64,000 nucleotides of DNA from Yuukianura sp. NJ FZ-2021 (Eukaryota): assembly GCA_046563655.1 (NCBI GenBank), contig CM102285.1, positions 8,184,001 through 8,248,000 of the forward strand. Reading direction: 5' to 3'. The notes under the pieces are model-generated. The model saw only the letters and a program-made list of their open reading frames with translations, made no database searches and was not told where the DNA came from. A program made the position numbers and the translations under genes. Positions 49,384 through 60,700 of the stretch are shown here, piece by piece; the first letter of the stretch is position 1; each line of letters begins with the position of its first letter.

Positions 49384-49769
49384 ATCCTTAATAAGTTACT
49401 TAAACACATCCACCTTAAAGTAGACAAAAATTCTTATACATTTCTGTTAGGTCACATAGTTTTTCAATACATAATTCAAAAATACTCCAACAAGAACCTA
49501 TCAAAAAAAAATGTCAAAACTAACTAAAATATACAAATTATACACTAGAAAATAAGATAATATATATTGTTAATGCTATGTTTTTTTTATGTTACTCTAC
49601 TTCGTTTTTATTCATGGGACCAAAATATTCAGTAAAACACTGTTAGGCTGTTTAGTTGAAATACTATTGCAGACACAAATTTAGTATATATGCTTATCCA
49701 TATTACGTTTAATTACGTTTCAAATTCCTAGTTTTAAGTCTATGTTACTAACGAACGATTTTCTTTGTT

Positions 49770-50852
49770 TGTTGGAAATAAGGCCATTTTTTAATTTAGA
49801 ATATTTTGGGAAATTTGAGAAAACGGCGCTAAATATATTTGAAAATGGATAGCGTCCGTTTCCCTTTTCGACTGCTAGTGGGGAAAAGAGGGAACTTTAG
49901 TAGTAAGTACTTGGAAAGAGATCCGATAAGAAGAAGGAATTTGGCTCAAATTAGGCTCTTGATTTGATTAATTTGGCATTGATTTAAAAGTTAAATAAAC
50001 ATAAACAAATCAAAGATCAGTCAGACTTTCCAGTTTTCATTAGTCGAGGGTTGAAGTGTCCGAGATTTGATAGCCACTGATCAACGGGTAGTTGATCTGT
50101 GCCTAAGTTGAAATTGGCTCGATTATTCGACATTTTGGTGACCCTGGCCGGACCACTTGTGGCTTTAACCTTGACACACGGGATACTGGAACCTGCTAAT
50201 TGACGGAAGTGGATCGATCATCACATAAAACAACTGTCCACATCGAGGCGTATCCCTGCCGGAGTGGGATTGATTGAGGTGATATCCTTCCAATTGATCC
50301 TGAGATTGATCATAACTAATTGAGATCATTATTTTTGATTTAAATTGGATTGACGGAGCCATACCTGATCGGACTTTGGGAAACAAATTGATCTGACGTG
50401 ACGAGACTTGGAATCTACGTACTTCAATTAAACCAAACGTTTACGTCGCGGTGTATCCCTACCGGAACGGGATTGACCCAGGTGCAGATCGTTCTGTCAT
50501 AATCGTTGGTACCTGGTTCTAATCGTTTGTATTTGTTCTTTTACTTTCCGAACAAACGATGGACAAACTTAAGAAAGAAAGAAGACTACTTCGGTCAGCT
50601 GTAACGAAACTGGTGAACTCACTCAACTTGGAACTGGAGAAGGAGAAGAAAGACAATTCACAATTGGAATCCATTCTCGCAGTACTCGAAGGCCAGTTTA
50701 TCAAACTGAACGAAGCAGATGACACTGTCAAGTCAATGCTGCTGGATTCTGATTCAACTACGGATGAGATGCTGGATGAAGAGTTGACACACACTCAAGA
50801 GTATCAATTGAAAGTGAGTGCTGTACGTGTCAGAGTCAACTCTATCTTCTAG
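49770..50852 (+). mobile_element. BEL/Pao 5' fragment: LTR (~49770-50132), PBS TGGTGACCC (50136, tRNA-Trp-like), gag N-terminus 50559-50852
   Basis: TGTTGG...CGACA, AATAAA at ~49994; MDKLKKERRLLRSAVTKL..L..F.KL...D..V...EY is a typical BEL gag start. Confidence 0.7.
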
Positions 50853-51135
50853 AGAGAGATTAGAGAGAGAGTTGAGTTTTGTATTATAGTTTAGTTGTGG
50901 ATTGGGTTTTGAGGAGATCGGAGATCTCCAGTTATGTTTAGTATTTAGCAGTTGTTTTTCAGTATATTTATTTGATCGACTTAATAAATATACATATATT
51001 TATACGCCGATGTGTTGTGTGTTCTGGTGATTGGTCAGTGGTCATTTGGATCTGGAGTCAGCAGACTCAGAGGAGTAGTCTGGTGGAGGTTTTTTCAGTT
51101 GTTTAGCGTCGTAGGGCGTTACACATGGTGACCGT
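50850..51135 (+). repeat. 3' half of another LTR followed by PBS
   Basis: AATAAA at ~50984; ..GTTACACA immediately followed by TGGTGACC at 51126. Confidence 0.45.
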
Positions 51136-51654
51136 TTGTGAGCAAAATTAGAAACCAGTTGCCTTTACTCGGATTCGTTATACCCCGCCATTCGGAAATG
51201 GGTGGTCATTTGGCCTAGCCATCTCTTCAAAGTCTGCAGAATTAAACGAATAGCAGAAACAGCATGCCTATTGATAAATCACAATAGTCTCTCATGTCCA
51301 GAGCATTCAATGAGTATACATGCCATGTCCTCGATTTCATATTGTGGGCTTCAGATGGGGACAGGTTGCAAGACGTCTGGATGAAGAAGAGACAACTTTG
51401 GCGAAGTTACAAGTTGCTTTGCGTCAATTACAAGAGACACAGGCGACCTTAACAGCCTAACTAGGTCAACATCATCAGTCCTCTAAGTTTTAGGAGCAAG
51501 TTACAGCCAGATTCCTGAGAGCCAAAAGCAACAGTATATTGCAATTGACCCAGGTTTTAATCTAGGAATGAGAATATTATGTACAAGAAACTGACCAACC
51601 ATGAGGTTAGGTGGGTGGGGGTTAGGGTAACCTGTAACGTGCATTAACCAACAG

Positions 51655-52140
51655 ATGACATTCGACATGGCAACTTACCTTACGGAAAATAAACAACCCA
51701 ACGTTATCGGCTGGATTCTATTGAGAGACAATAAATTTGGGGCCAGCATGGCAGAAGGTGTTTTACAATTGAAACCATGCAGCAGGATATTATCTTATTT
51801 CCTTTTGCAAACGGAACCAGGGATGTGTAATCGGAATGGCACTATTGAATGTAATTCATACATAATCACAAGCGTTGGAACGCTCTTCACGCAGATTTTG
51901 CTGGAACAAGAATTCATCCCTTGTAACTGGAACGTTACATTCTATTTCCAACTAGGTGACGGGTGTATGCTTATTCTCAATAATGCTGCAACTGTTGTTA
52001 GCACATCCTGGCAATTCCAAGCAAATAATAGAAATAACTGCACTCTAACCAAACAAACAGCATCCAAGTGCTTCATAAATCGAGAGCATATTATTTGCAA
52101 ATTGCAAAGATCTTGTCCTCAGCATAACGGACTACAATAA
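51655..52140 (+). pseudogene. Rearranged gB-like env fragments
   Basis: PNVIGWILL..FGASMAEGVLQLKPC (gB domain III/IV-like) joined to NNRNNCTLTKQTASKCFINREHIIC, which matches env 1 NKNNCTLTRRLAHNCYLNPQHLIC. Confidence 0.65.
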
Positions 52141-53645
52141 CGGAAGAGAACCATGCGAAGGTAGCCCAACTGGCGCACCAGAAACATAACAAAGAAAAGA
52201 GGCAGATTCACTGCACTGGCCACAGTGACTGCCTGTCCGACAAAACTGTTGAAGAAATCCTGCGACATAATCAACCAAATCCATTGGATGGCATTATAAT
52301 CTGCGTGCACCACGTTTCGCTGGATTTTTTCTTCGGCCAAATACAACAATCTCAACAAGAAACCATTCTTTGCAGCAATGTCTAAGATCGGGCCCGTATC
52401 CAACAGTTCAGATTACATGTTCGGATGTAAGAATTCATAACTCAATTACTCATTGCTTTTTGTGCAACTCCCATTTTCCCCTAGACTGTTAAAAAACTAA
52501 CTTATAATTTCAGTAATGAGTACATGACACAAAACCCAACCCGTTTACCTTCCAATCTCCCGCATGGGAAATCGGTGAATTACATCAGCTTTGGATCAGA
52601 ATTGGGTGCCCGTAGACACTACCGCTAATGACCGTACCAAAGGTCAACACAGTCTCTAGCGTCAGTCCCGTGAGTGGTATAACAATTAAGCGATTACAAC
52701 CATCAGGAAACTATCACTATTACAAGCAACGTTCCTCGCCAAAATCGATATCTCGCACCAAGATTAAACTCGCCGCAAGCCCTTAATTAGAAACTTCGAG
52801 CTAAAATTGGAATCTCCCCCACTTGAGAGCGGAGACGTGAGAATTTAGCCACTTAAATGTGACGTACAGTGGAACTTTTGCTTGGCCACAGCGAGCCCAT
52901 CAATCTAACCCCATCAAAACTTCATCTTTCTTACCATCCCTCTTAAAGAGAGTATTTGCAGACAATCAAGAAAAAATGCAGTTTCCCGCAAATACGAATA
53001 GGACATACTACATGAAAATTTAATTTTAAATAAAATATCCATATAAAAAGGGCTCGTCCTTGACTACAAAATTTGGTACTACTCCAAATGCTATTGAAAC
53101 TCTACCTGAGTGGAATCTGACAAGTGTTCAACATGAGTGCCGTTTCATGCGTCTCGTCGCTGCAAAAAGAAAAGGGAGTTCTCAAACTCCCACCCAACCC
53201 ATCATTTCAGGAGAAAACGTGTCAGTAGTCTCGCTCGACAAACGATGTGGGGATGTAATGAAGTTCATCTGTTTCCTCCAAATTACACCTAAACTCCAAG
53301 AACTTACATTTTCATTTCGAGGAAAAGTGCGCTATTGACTTCGTCGCCTAGGGCAATAACCATTTGGTAGTAAAACCAAATTATTCGTTTATTTTAGAGT
53401 AAGTTCTAGCTTTTCATGGTACTGTTATTCTATTCTTTTGCTTTTGCTCGAACACGGCAGTTTTCAATCTTGGAACCAAAAATGCTTGGCTGTAAGACAT
53501 GGGAAAGGTTCCAAAAGTGCCTTAAAGCATCAGTGCGTGTCATCACAGATTTAACTGACACTGTAAAATAACATGTCGGCAGATTTGGAAGGTGTACATA
53601 ACAAGAATAAAGTTAGGTTAGGTTTAGGGCAAGCCAGAAAAATGA

Positions 53646-53716
53646 TGGACCCAAGTGGGAATCGAACCCACATCTCACAATCCGGGCAGAGGCTGTAAGT
53701 ATGGCGTAATAGGTCC
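53646..53716 (-). other. tRNA-like sequence (SINE head or pseudo-tRNA)
   Basis: Acceptor stem GGACCTA/TGGGTCC and T-arm GTGGG-TTCGATT-CCCAC; D-arm and anticodon arm degenerate; lies among MITE-like repeats. Confidence 0.5.
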
Positions 53717-55086
53717 ACCATGGCTTGTCAAGGTGATGATACGATGGGAGTGAGACACGAGCCACTTCGTACCCTCTCCGGTTCCAGGTCACCCACCATG
53801 AATGCATATAAGGACCCCCAAAACCAGGACAAATCAAGGCATGGGGTCCCCGGTAAGTGAGTTTTTAACTCTGAAACTCGAAATTTTTTTGCGCCTACGG
53901 CGTAAATGCCTTCATTTTCTTGATTTTCAAATGCGACCCCTAATTTGGATCCCCTGTCAGAATTTTGCGAATGTAAAAATAACTAATTGCCTGGTCGTTC
54001 CAAACAACATTTTTCGCAAGTTCCAGGGTGTCCGACACGATTTTTTCGTGCCGAAATCGAAAATTTTCTCGCGCCTACGGCGTGATAGTTCGCTAGTTTT
54101 ACTGCGGTTCCCAATCCATATTTTCGGCCCCAAATTCAAAAAATTCGTCGCACCCAGCGGCGTGATCTTTTTTTTTTGCTGATTTTATGCAACTGGTGCT
54201 TCCCCATACGATTTTTAAGTACATAAATTGAAAATTCTTATATCGATAGCAAATTTTTTCGATTTCTTAAATCGAAAAAAACGTCTCCTGATACCCCTCT
54301 GGATAACTCAAGGTTTACATAAATGCCGGTGTTCACTAGTGAAAACAGTCCCGGAAGTGTGGAGTCTTTTCTGCGCTTTACGGCCAAAGGCCGGATAGAT
54401 GATCACGTCAAACAATAGCGTAACTTCCGCTACTTAATAAACTGCTAGTGGCTTACTATATTGTTAGGATAAGGGTCTGCCCTTCCTTCTTCCAGAAGTC
54501 AAGGGAAAGCAGAATGTATAAAATTGGTCCACGCATTCTTATTTTTTTACACAACATTCAGTTCAAATCGTTTCATTAAAACCAAATAAAAAGTCTGGCG
54601 ATATTGGTAACACGTTGTGGTTACGGGGGATGCGTTTCATCCTCAAAGCGGAAGTCCTTTTACCACAGAAAAAAAAACTCAGCCCTACTGCCCTAGTCTC
54701 ATTGGGCCGACGAGGGGATTATCCGGATGCTCTGAAAACCCATCTGCTACGACTGCGTATTATAGTCTTATAGTCAGTCAGAATAGGTCAGAGCTGGTCA
54801 GAGAATTCGTTCTCCTACGATTTAGCACAAGTTACATTTTTAAGCTTTAAGACAACATAAAATTAATGTGAAGTAGCGAGACGTTGCAAATGCCGACATC
54901 TCTTAAAAAAAAGTCTGAGATCAGTGGGATGATAGCAGAAAAAAAATGTTTGGTCTACTAATTGTGATGGCCAGCCATGTATTAGTGGCTGGCTTCATCA
55001 TCCTTAAAGACATTACAGTCGGTTTTCTTTCGAGATGAACTTTTCCGTTGAGCTGTATCAGTAAAACGTTCACCGAGTTTTCACTT

Positions 55087-57323
55087 TTAGCGATTGCCTT
55101 TGGAAGCATTTCTCCAGCGCTGTTGCTGCTGAGACGAATTCGACCCTGAAGAATTTCCCGGTGATCTGCCGCCACCACCACCACGCTGATCACGATACCC
55201 CCTATTCACCCCGCTGCCATAGTGCCTTCTGTCGCCATAGTTTGAGTCACGTTCACCTCTTCCATAGTTTGAGCTCTGAGAACCATCATTCCCTCCAGAC
55301 TGCATTTGCCAACGATCTCCACTTCCACGTCCGTCGGAATATCCAGGACTTCTGTGTTGTTGTCTTCAAATAATATTTTTATGTAAGTTAACAAATATTC
55401 TTCAGCCTTAAAAGATGTAACGTTTACCTTCCACGGGAAGGGTTGTGTTGCTCATTCCTTGCCGGGTAGTATGATGTGTTTGAAGTTCCACCAGGAGGCC
55501 GATACCCTCTCCCAGTTCGTTCTGGTGCGTTGAAAGACCTTGACAAAGGAGATGGCGCTCCCCGTGCTCCCCTTCCTAGCAAACGAAACCCGTCAGCTTG
55601 GCTTCCAGTTCGTCCGCGACTAGAAGCATTTGAGCCTTGACTTGAAGACTCCATTGCGACGAAGTCGTCCACATGTAAAGAGGGTGGACGCGAAGTATTG
55701 GGCGGACGTGATCGGAACGGGTCAAAGTTGGGACGGGTGCTCAGCAATCCTCTCCCAAATCCGAGCCTAACAATTTTTCAAATATTATGAATATGAAATA
55801 TTTTACCTTCAGTTATACTCAAACTTTCTTAAATCTCTGCCAACCTGCCCTACCCCTAGGCTGTTTTTTGAACATTTAGTGACTTTTTCAACTTAAAATA
55901 TTTATAAATTATAACCTCAAATCCGTCTATAACGATCAGGTCAATCGTCAACCAAGTAATTTACAAAGTGGAAAAATTCGACTTCTTTGGAACAAAAATT
56001 CGTACCCAATCATTTCGATAAGTTGTAAGTGACACTAACCTTCCAGTCACACCGGATCCTCTTGCGAAAACACTCTTCACAATGGGAGAAGACAAACTCG
56101 ACACGGTTGAGTGCTGCGATGCAGTATTATTACTGGTAAGCGTGGTTTTTCCTCCTTGGGAATCATCATTCCTTTCCTCTGATTTCTCTTCGGTGGACGA
56201 TTCTTTATTCGCGTTACAAAATTTATTCAGCTCATTCAGAAATTCAGTTTCTGATTCGTTAGAAAAATCCTGTACCGTTGCCATTAAATCTCGAAATACC
56301 TGAAATTAAATAAATGAGCCACTAAAAAATGCGCAACATCACTTACGTTTTCCATAACTTATGAACGCACCAAGTCTTCCATCGACAATTCATGTTCACT
56401 TTCTTCGCACTGTCCGATACTCGCCAAATACTGAAGCTTTTTGCCTGCATCTTCAAATTGGCAGGGGGTTCGGACGGACCGTCGTCCGAACTGCTCTTGC
56501 AGTGATTCTGCGGGCGATAGAGTCACCTCATTCATTATTCCTTGAGAATCGTTTCCTACAGCGTTGACGTAAAAAAGAATCTTATCCAACTTCTCCCTGG
56601 CTTCCCGTAAGTAAGTTTTCAAATGTTGCTGCTCCTCACTCCCTGATTCGGGTTTCAATTTAATTCATGTTTGAAGTAATGGCCAAAACTAAATTATAAA
56701 TTACTGTATTAACTCACCTCTTCCTCCAGTACCATAGTCGTGATCCCTGGTAATACACACGCGGAAGCGCATGCACAGTTGAACGAGCGGATGGTTTTGC
56801 ATTGCTTCTGGAGATGTCCAACCTAGCAGTTTCCGGACTTCAGTCTTACTCAGAATTGTCTTACGTTCTCCGATACATCCGTATGCATGTTTAGTTGGGG
56901 ACAACTAAATGCAAAGTTAAGTTGGTACTACCTTCAATATAAGAATACAGCATAAGCGAGAACTTACCTTCTGTGGCATGATAAGCTTGCGTAAAAGAGA
57001 TAGCAGTCCATCAACAACTTCCAGCGATTCCATTACGCCCACAATATCCAAGTTCTCCACGTCTTTTCTGCTCAACTTCTGAACCAAATCAGAAATTACG
57101 GTGGGATTCTTAGAAAGTGCTCTGTTCAAATAAACCAAAAAATAATTTAACAAAAATAGTTAACTAACAACTATTTGTGAATTCACAAAGACGAAATATA
57201 ACAACTTCGTTGAATATTAGGTACTTACATCCTTAGATGATAAAATCCATATTCAGTGTCAATGAGGAGATTGATGGAGGAAAATATTTTACGAATCACA
57301 CCCACGTTCCCCAAAACAGTTTC
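55087..57323 (-). CDS. vir: Virilizer/VIRMA (m6A writer complex subunit), 3' exons; rest lies in or beyond the gap
   Basis: FDPFRSRPPNTSRPPSLHVDDFVAME is the conserved virilizer C-terminal motif; followed by an RG-rich tail; multiple GT-AG introns. Confidence 0.88.
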
Positions 57324-57423
57324 NNNNNNNNNNNNNNNNNNNNNNNNNNNNNNNNNNNNNNNNNNNNNNNNNNNNNNNNNNNNNNNNNNNNNNNNNNNNN
57401 NNNNNNNNNNNNNNNNNNNNNNN
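57324..57423. other. Assembly gap (100 N, true size unknown)
   Basis: N run; both flanking genes are incomplete. Confidence 0.99.
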
Positions 57424-57776
57424 ATTGTAGCTGGCATAGGTCAAGTGAACTCCAAAGCCAGCTCCGGAGGAGAAGAAGATTTGTTTAGCAGCGTCACTCC
57501 AGACCTATATAAGATCCAAAAGAAACAACAGGAAATGGGGGTCAGACTATCAAACAACATCGTGAAATTCCAATTCAAACTTGTGACAGAAAAAGAGAAG
57601 TGGCGTCACTTTCACCTTTCACCCCTCTCTAAACAACTCCCCGCAGATTTCCAACTGAGAGTACTGAACTTTCATCTCATTGTTCTCCGTTTCTTTAAAA
57701 CACGAAGGTTAACCTATCTTAAAGTTATGATTTACTAAGGTTAACCTAAAAAAAGTTAGCCTAACATTAAAATTAC

Positions 57777-60700
57777 CTCTATGTCACGGAGTCTGCTCCA
57801 GTCGGGGAAGAGGTAGTACTTGATGCCATCCATGGCTCCGTCCAGAGCCAACCCGCGTCCCAGTAAAACAGCTAGAACAACATAGGGGAGGGTGGCTGTG
57901 ACCCAAACCACTTTGCCTGTAAAAAGAAAGTTGAGCATGAAATGAGGGCCATTGGTTGAGGTTATTGGTTAATAAATTCCCAAAAGCTGATATCCGTCTG
58001 AGATGTTCCTTAAAAATTGACTTTCTCCCTACCTGTGCTCCTGATCCCTTTGAAGATGATCAAGTACAGAAGGCAGTAGATTACCCCAACATAGACTAGG
58101 AGGTCGAGCTTCACTTCGCCCAAGTCATCAATGCTGTGCTCCTCCATGGCCAAAACGCTGCGTCTGGAATACAAATACGAAGGAATGGATACAAGGTACA
58201 TGAAGAACAACATGGTGGCAGGAGCTCATAAAAGAAATTCTAAAGTCACACTCCACAATAAGGCAGGGATCAGTGAGTTACTCTGAGGAAATCCTCAATT
58301 TACAGCCAAATTCTGGATTTTTCAAAAACACAAGTGCTAAAATTTTACAAAAGAAAAATCCTTAGGATGATTCGAAGGATGTACAAGTGATGATTCCAGA
58401 ATTAACTCCGGAAACGATTTGGTAAATGGACAGAAATATTGAATGAAAAAATCAATGGTGGTAAACAATGCGGCCAGCACAGAAATGCAAAAAAAAATAT
58501 TTTAAAAAGTAAGTTCGGTTGATCAGGTTTTAAAAAATTGGATTGCTCAAAAAGTCCGTACCCGGTGGAACTCAATCTGTGGTATTCTCATGCTTGTTAA
58601 GCGACAGCCTAGCCTTCGGATAGCATTTGCTGTACACACAAGGGAATGGACACTACGAGTGAAAGCAAGGATTTGAGGATTTCCTCATTCGGTGTTGCTC
58701 AAACCTATTCAGGGAAGATCTTTCAAGTTTATTTACACTAAAAATCTCTACAGTTCCAAAAACTTATTGGAAATCCATTTCCATTGAGCTCCACGAAGCG
58801 AGTCATTGGAAATTTCAGCAGACAACCGGAACCAAAACCCACTCTACATTGACTTAAGACGGAAACTACTTCCAGCTCAAAACCAAAGATCATCATCCAG
58901 AACCCATCCAACCAGATGGAAACGCTTCTAGTACTTCTTCCTCCCAGTAGGTCCCAATCGTCCCAATCACGAACAATACTCCGCCACACAACTCATCTTA
59001 CCATACAAATATTACTCAAACTCAAAAACAAAATTTCTGAAGATTCAAACAACATTCCCAATGGAAACCAAAACTAACTCTTTCCGGTTCGCAGATTCAG
59101 ATTAGGTTAGTCTAAAAGTTAAAATCATCCCCCTCCCCAGTGGGGAGTACCTTCTAAAAAATACTGAACGGGGTCATATCACAAGGTCACCTATGTTAAT
59201 CCATGTTAGAAAAGAAGAATACAGATTGAAAAATGGTGAATAAATAATAACTTAGGGAGGATTGAAGCCAGGGGTGAAAGTGAGGAAATGCCGAAAAGAC
59301 TGGAAAAGCTTTTAAGGTTTTAAGCGCTGCCAAGTGCAGAGTCCTCATTTCCATAATCCCCAGTCAGACACTCAATTGTTTCTTGTATCTTTGCCATAAA
59401 TTGACTACTTATAGTTACTCCTCACAAAGTAAGCAACGAGAACGAGTGTGAGTAGCCTATTGAGAGGGATTTTACTTTGGCATTAATTTCCATTATTATT
59501 ACAGATTTGGCACTCTTCGCAGCGCCAATTTGTAAACCATAAAAGATTAATTTAGGTCTAGCGAACGCTATTTTAGTAGCCCACCAACACGTCTGCCTTT
59601 CATCATCTCAATTTCAAAATCTACTGATCTTTTTTCCCCGACAGCGTGGATTGGTTCCATATGGGTTTTCCGCCAAACGCTAAGCTTTGCAAATCCAAAA
59701 ACCCAGGAAAAAGTAAGCTTTGCAAATCCAAAAACCCAGGAAAAAGTAAGCTTTGCAAATCCGAAAAACCAAAAAAGTAAGCTGTGCGGTTTCGACAAAC
59801 GAATTCGAAAAAAAATTTGCTTTGTGTCGGTGGCAGTAAATTTTCAAAGAGAGGAATTAGAAACGCGACGCCGTCAAAGGACTGTTTCCCAGTAAGGAAA
59901 AATTCGAAATGCATCTTTTCAAAATTCAATTTAAAAAATCCGTCATTTTGCAAACACTAAAGTGAATTGGTCAAAATTGTTGTTACAGGGCAAATTTTTC
60001 CAAAGATTTCTTCCACGACATGCAGTATTTTGTTGACTTTTGAGTTTGGAGAGCTTTTAATGCGATTTCAGAAAATTGACTTTTTTGTTTGGTCCAGAAA
60101 GATCCAGACGATAGTAATACAATCTATGTTTGTGCACGGCAGAAAAAGTGGGGAAAAGTTTCTATAAAATCTGTGCAAGGTACTTCTGACTCAGGAAAAT
60201 GTGAACAAAACTGTTCAAGTTTTTCAAAAAATATTTGATCCAGATTAAACTTTTTTTCTTCCTTGCTCTCATTTTTTGCTCTTTCAAAAAAAACTTGCTC
60301 TTTTTTTAAAAAAGAAAGTGAAAGCGTTTGCTACCGTTTCTTAATTTCCATTTCTGCCTCCCCGGTTGACTTTCTCCGCTGCTTTCTCTCCCAAATCCAA
60401 TTCACTTTCCTTCTTAATCATAAAGTTCCTCATCCGATCAACATTATTTCCAGCCTGATTTTATTAAAACAAGCCTTGCCTCATTGACTTCCACTCCGGT
60501 GGCACCCTACGGTCCCCTTAAAACCTTCATGTAAAATTCCAGAAATCTGTCAACCCAAACTTTTTACTTCTTTCTCTCCGAATCACTTCCAGAAAACTTT
60601 GTCCAAAGAGTCCTGGAAAAGGCGCGCACTCCGCTCTCTCATCTTGACGTCTAATTTAGCTCCAAATGGAGTTCATCATGCGGAATGATGGGCAGCCCCT

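Noticed and set aside
53646..53716. Functional tRNA gene
   Set aside because: D-arm/A-box and anticodon arm not canonical; kept only as tRNA-like
1..54000. Bacterial or phage contamination, or an endogenous herpes/nudivirus genome
   Set aside because: Spliceosomal introns, LTR/PBS/TSD hallmarks and contiguous host genes are present; no core genes of large DNA viruses recognised
57256..57738. ORFs spanning the N run
   Set aside because: Artifact of translating across the gap; only the minus-strand part left of the gap fits a vir exon
59681..59781. 33-bp repeats as a CRISPR array (also the 29079-29212 and 37348-37430 repeats)
   Set aside because: Head-to-tail units with no unique spacers, no cas genes, eukaryotic context
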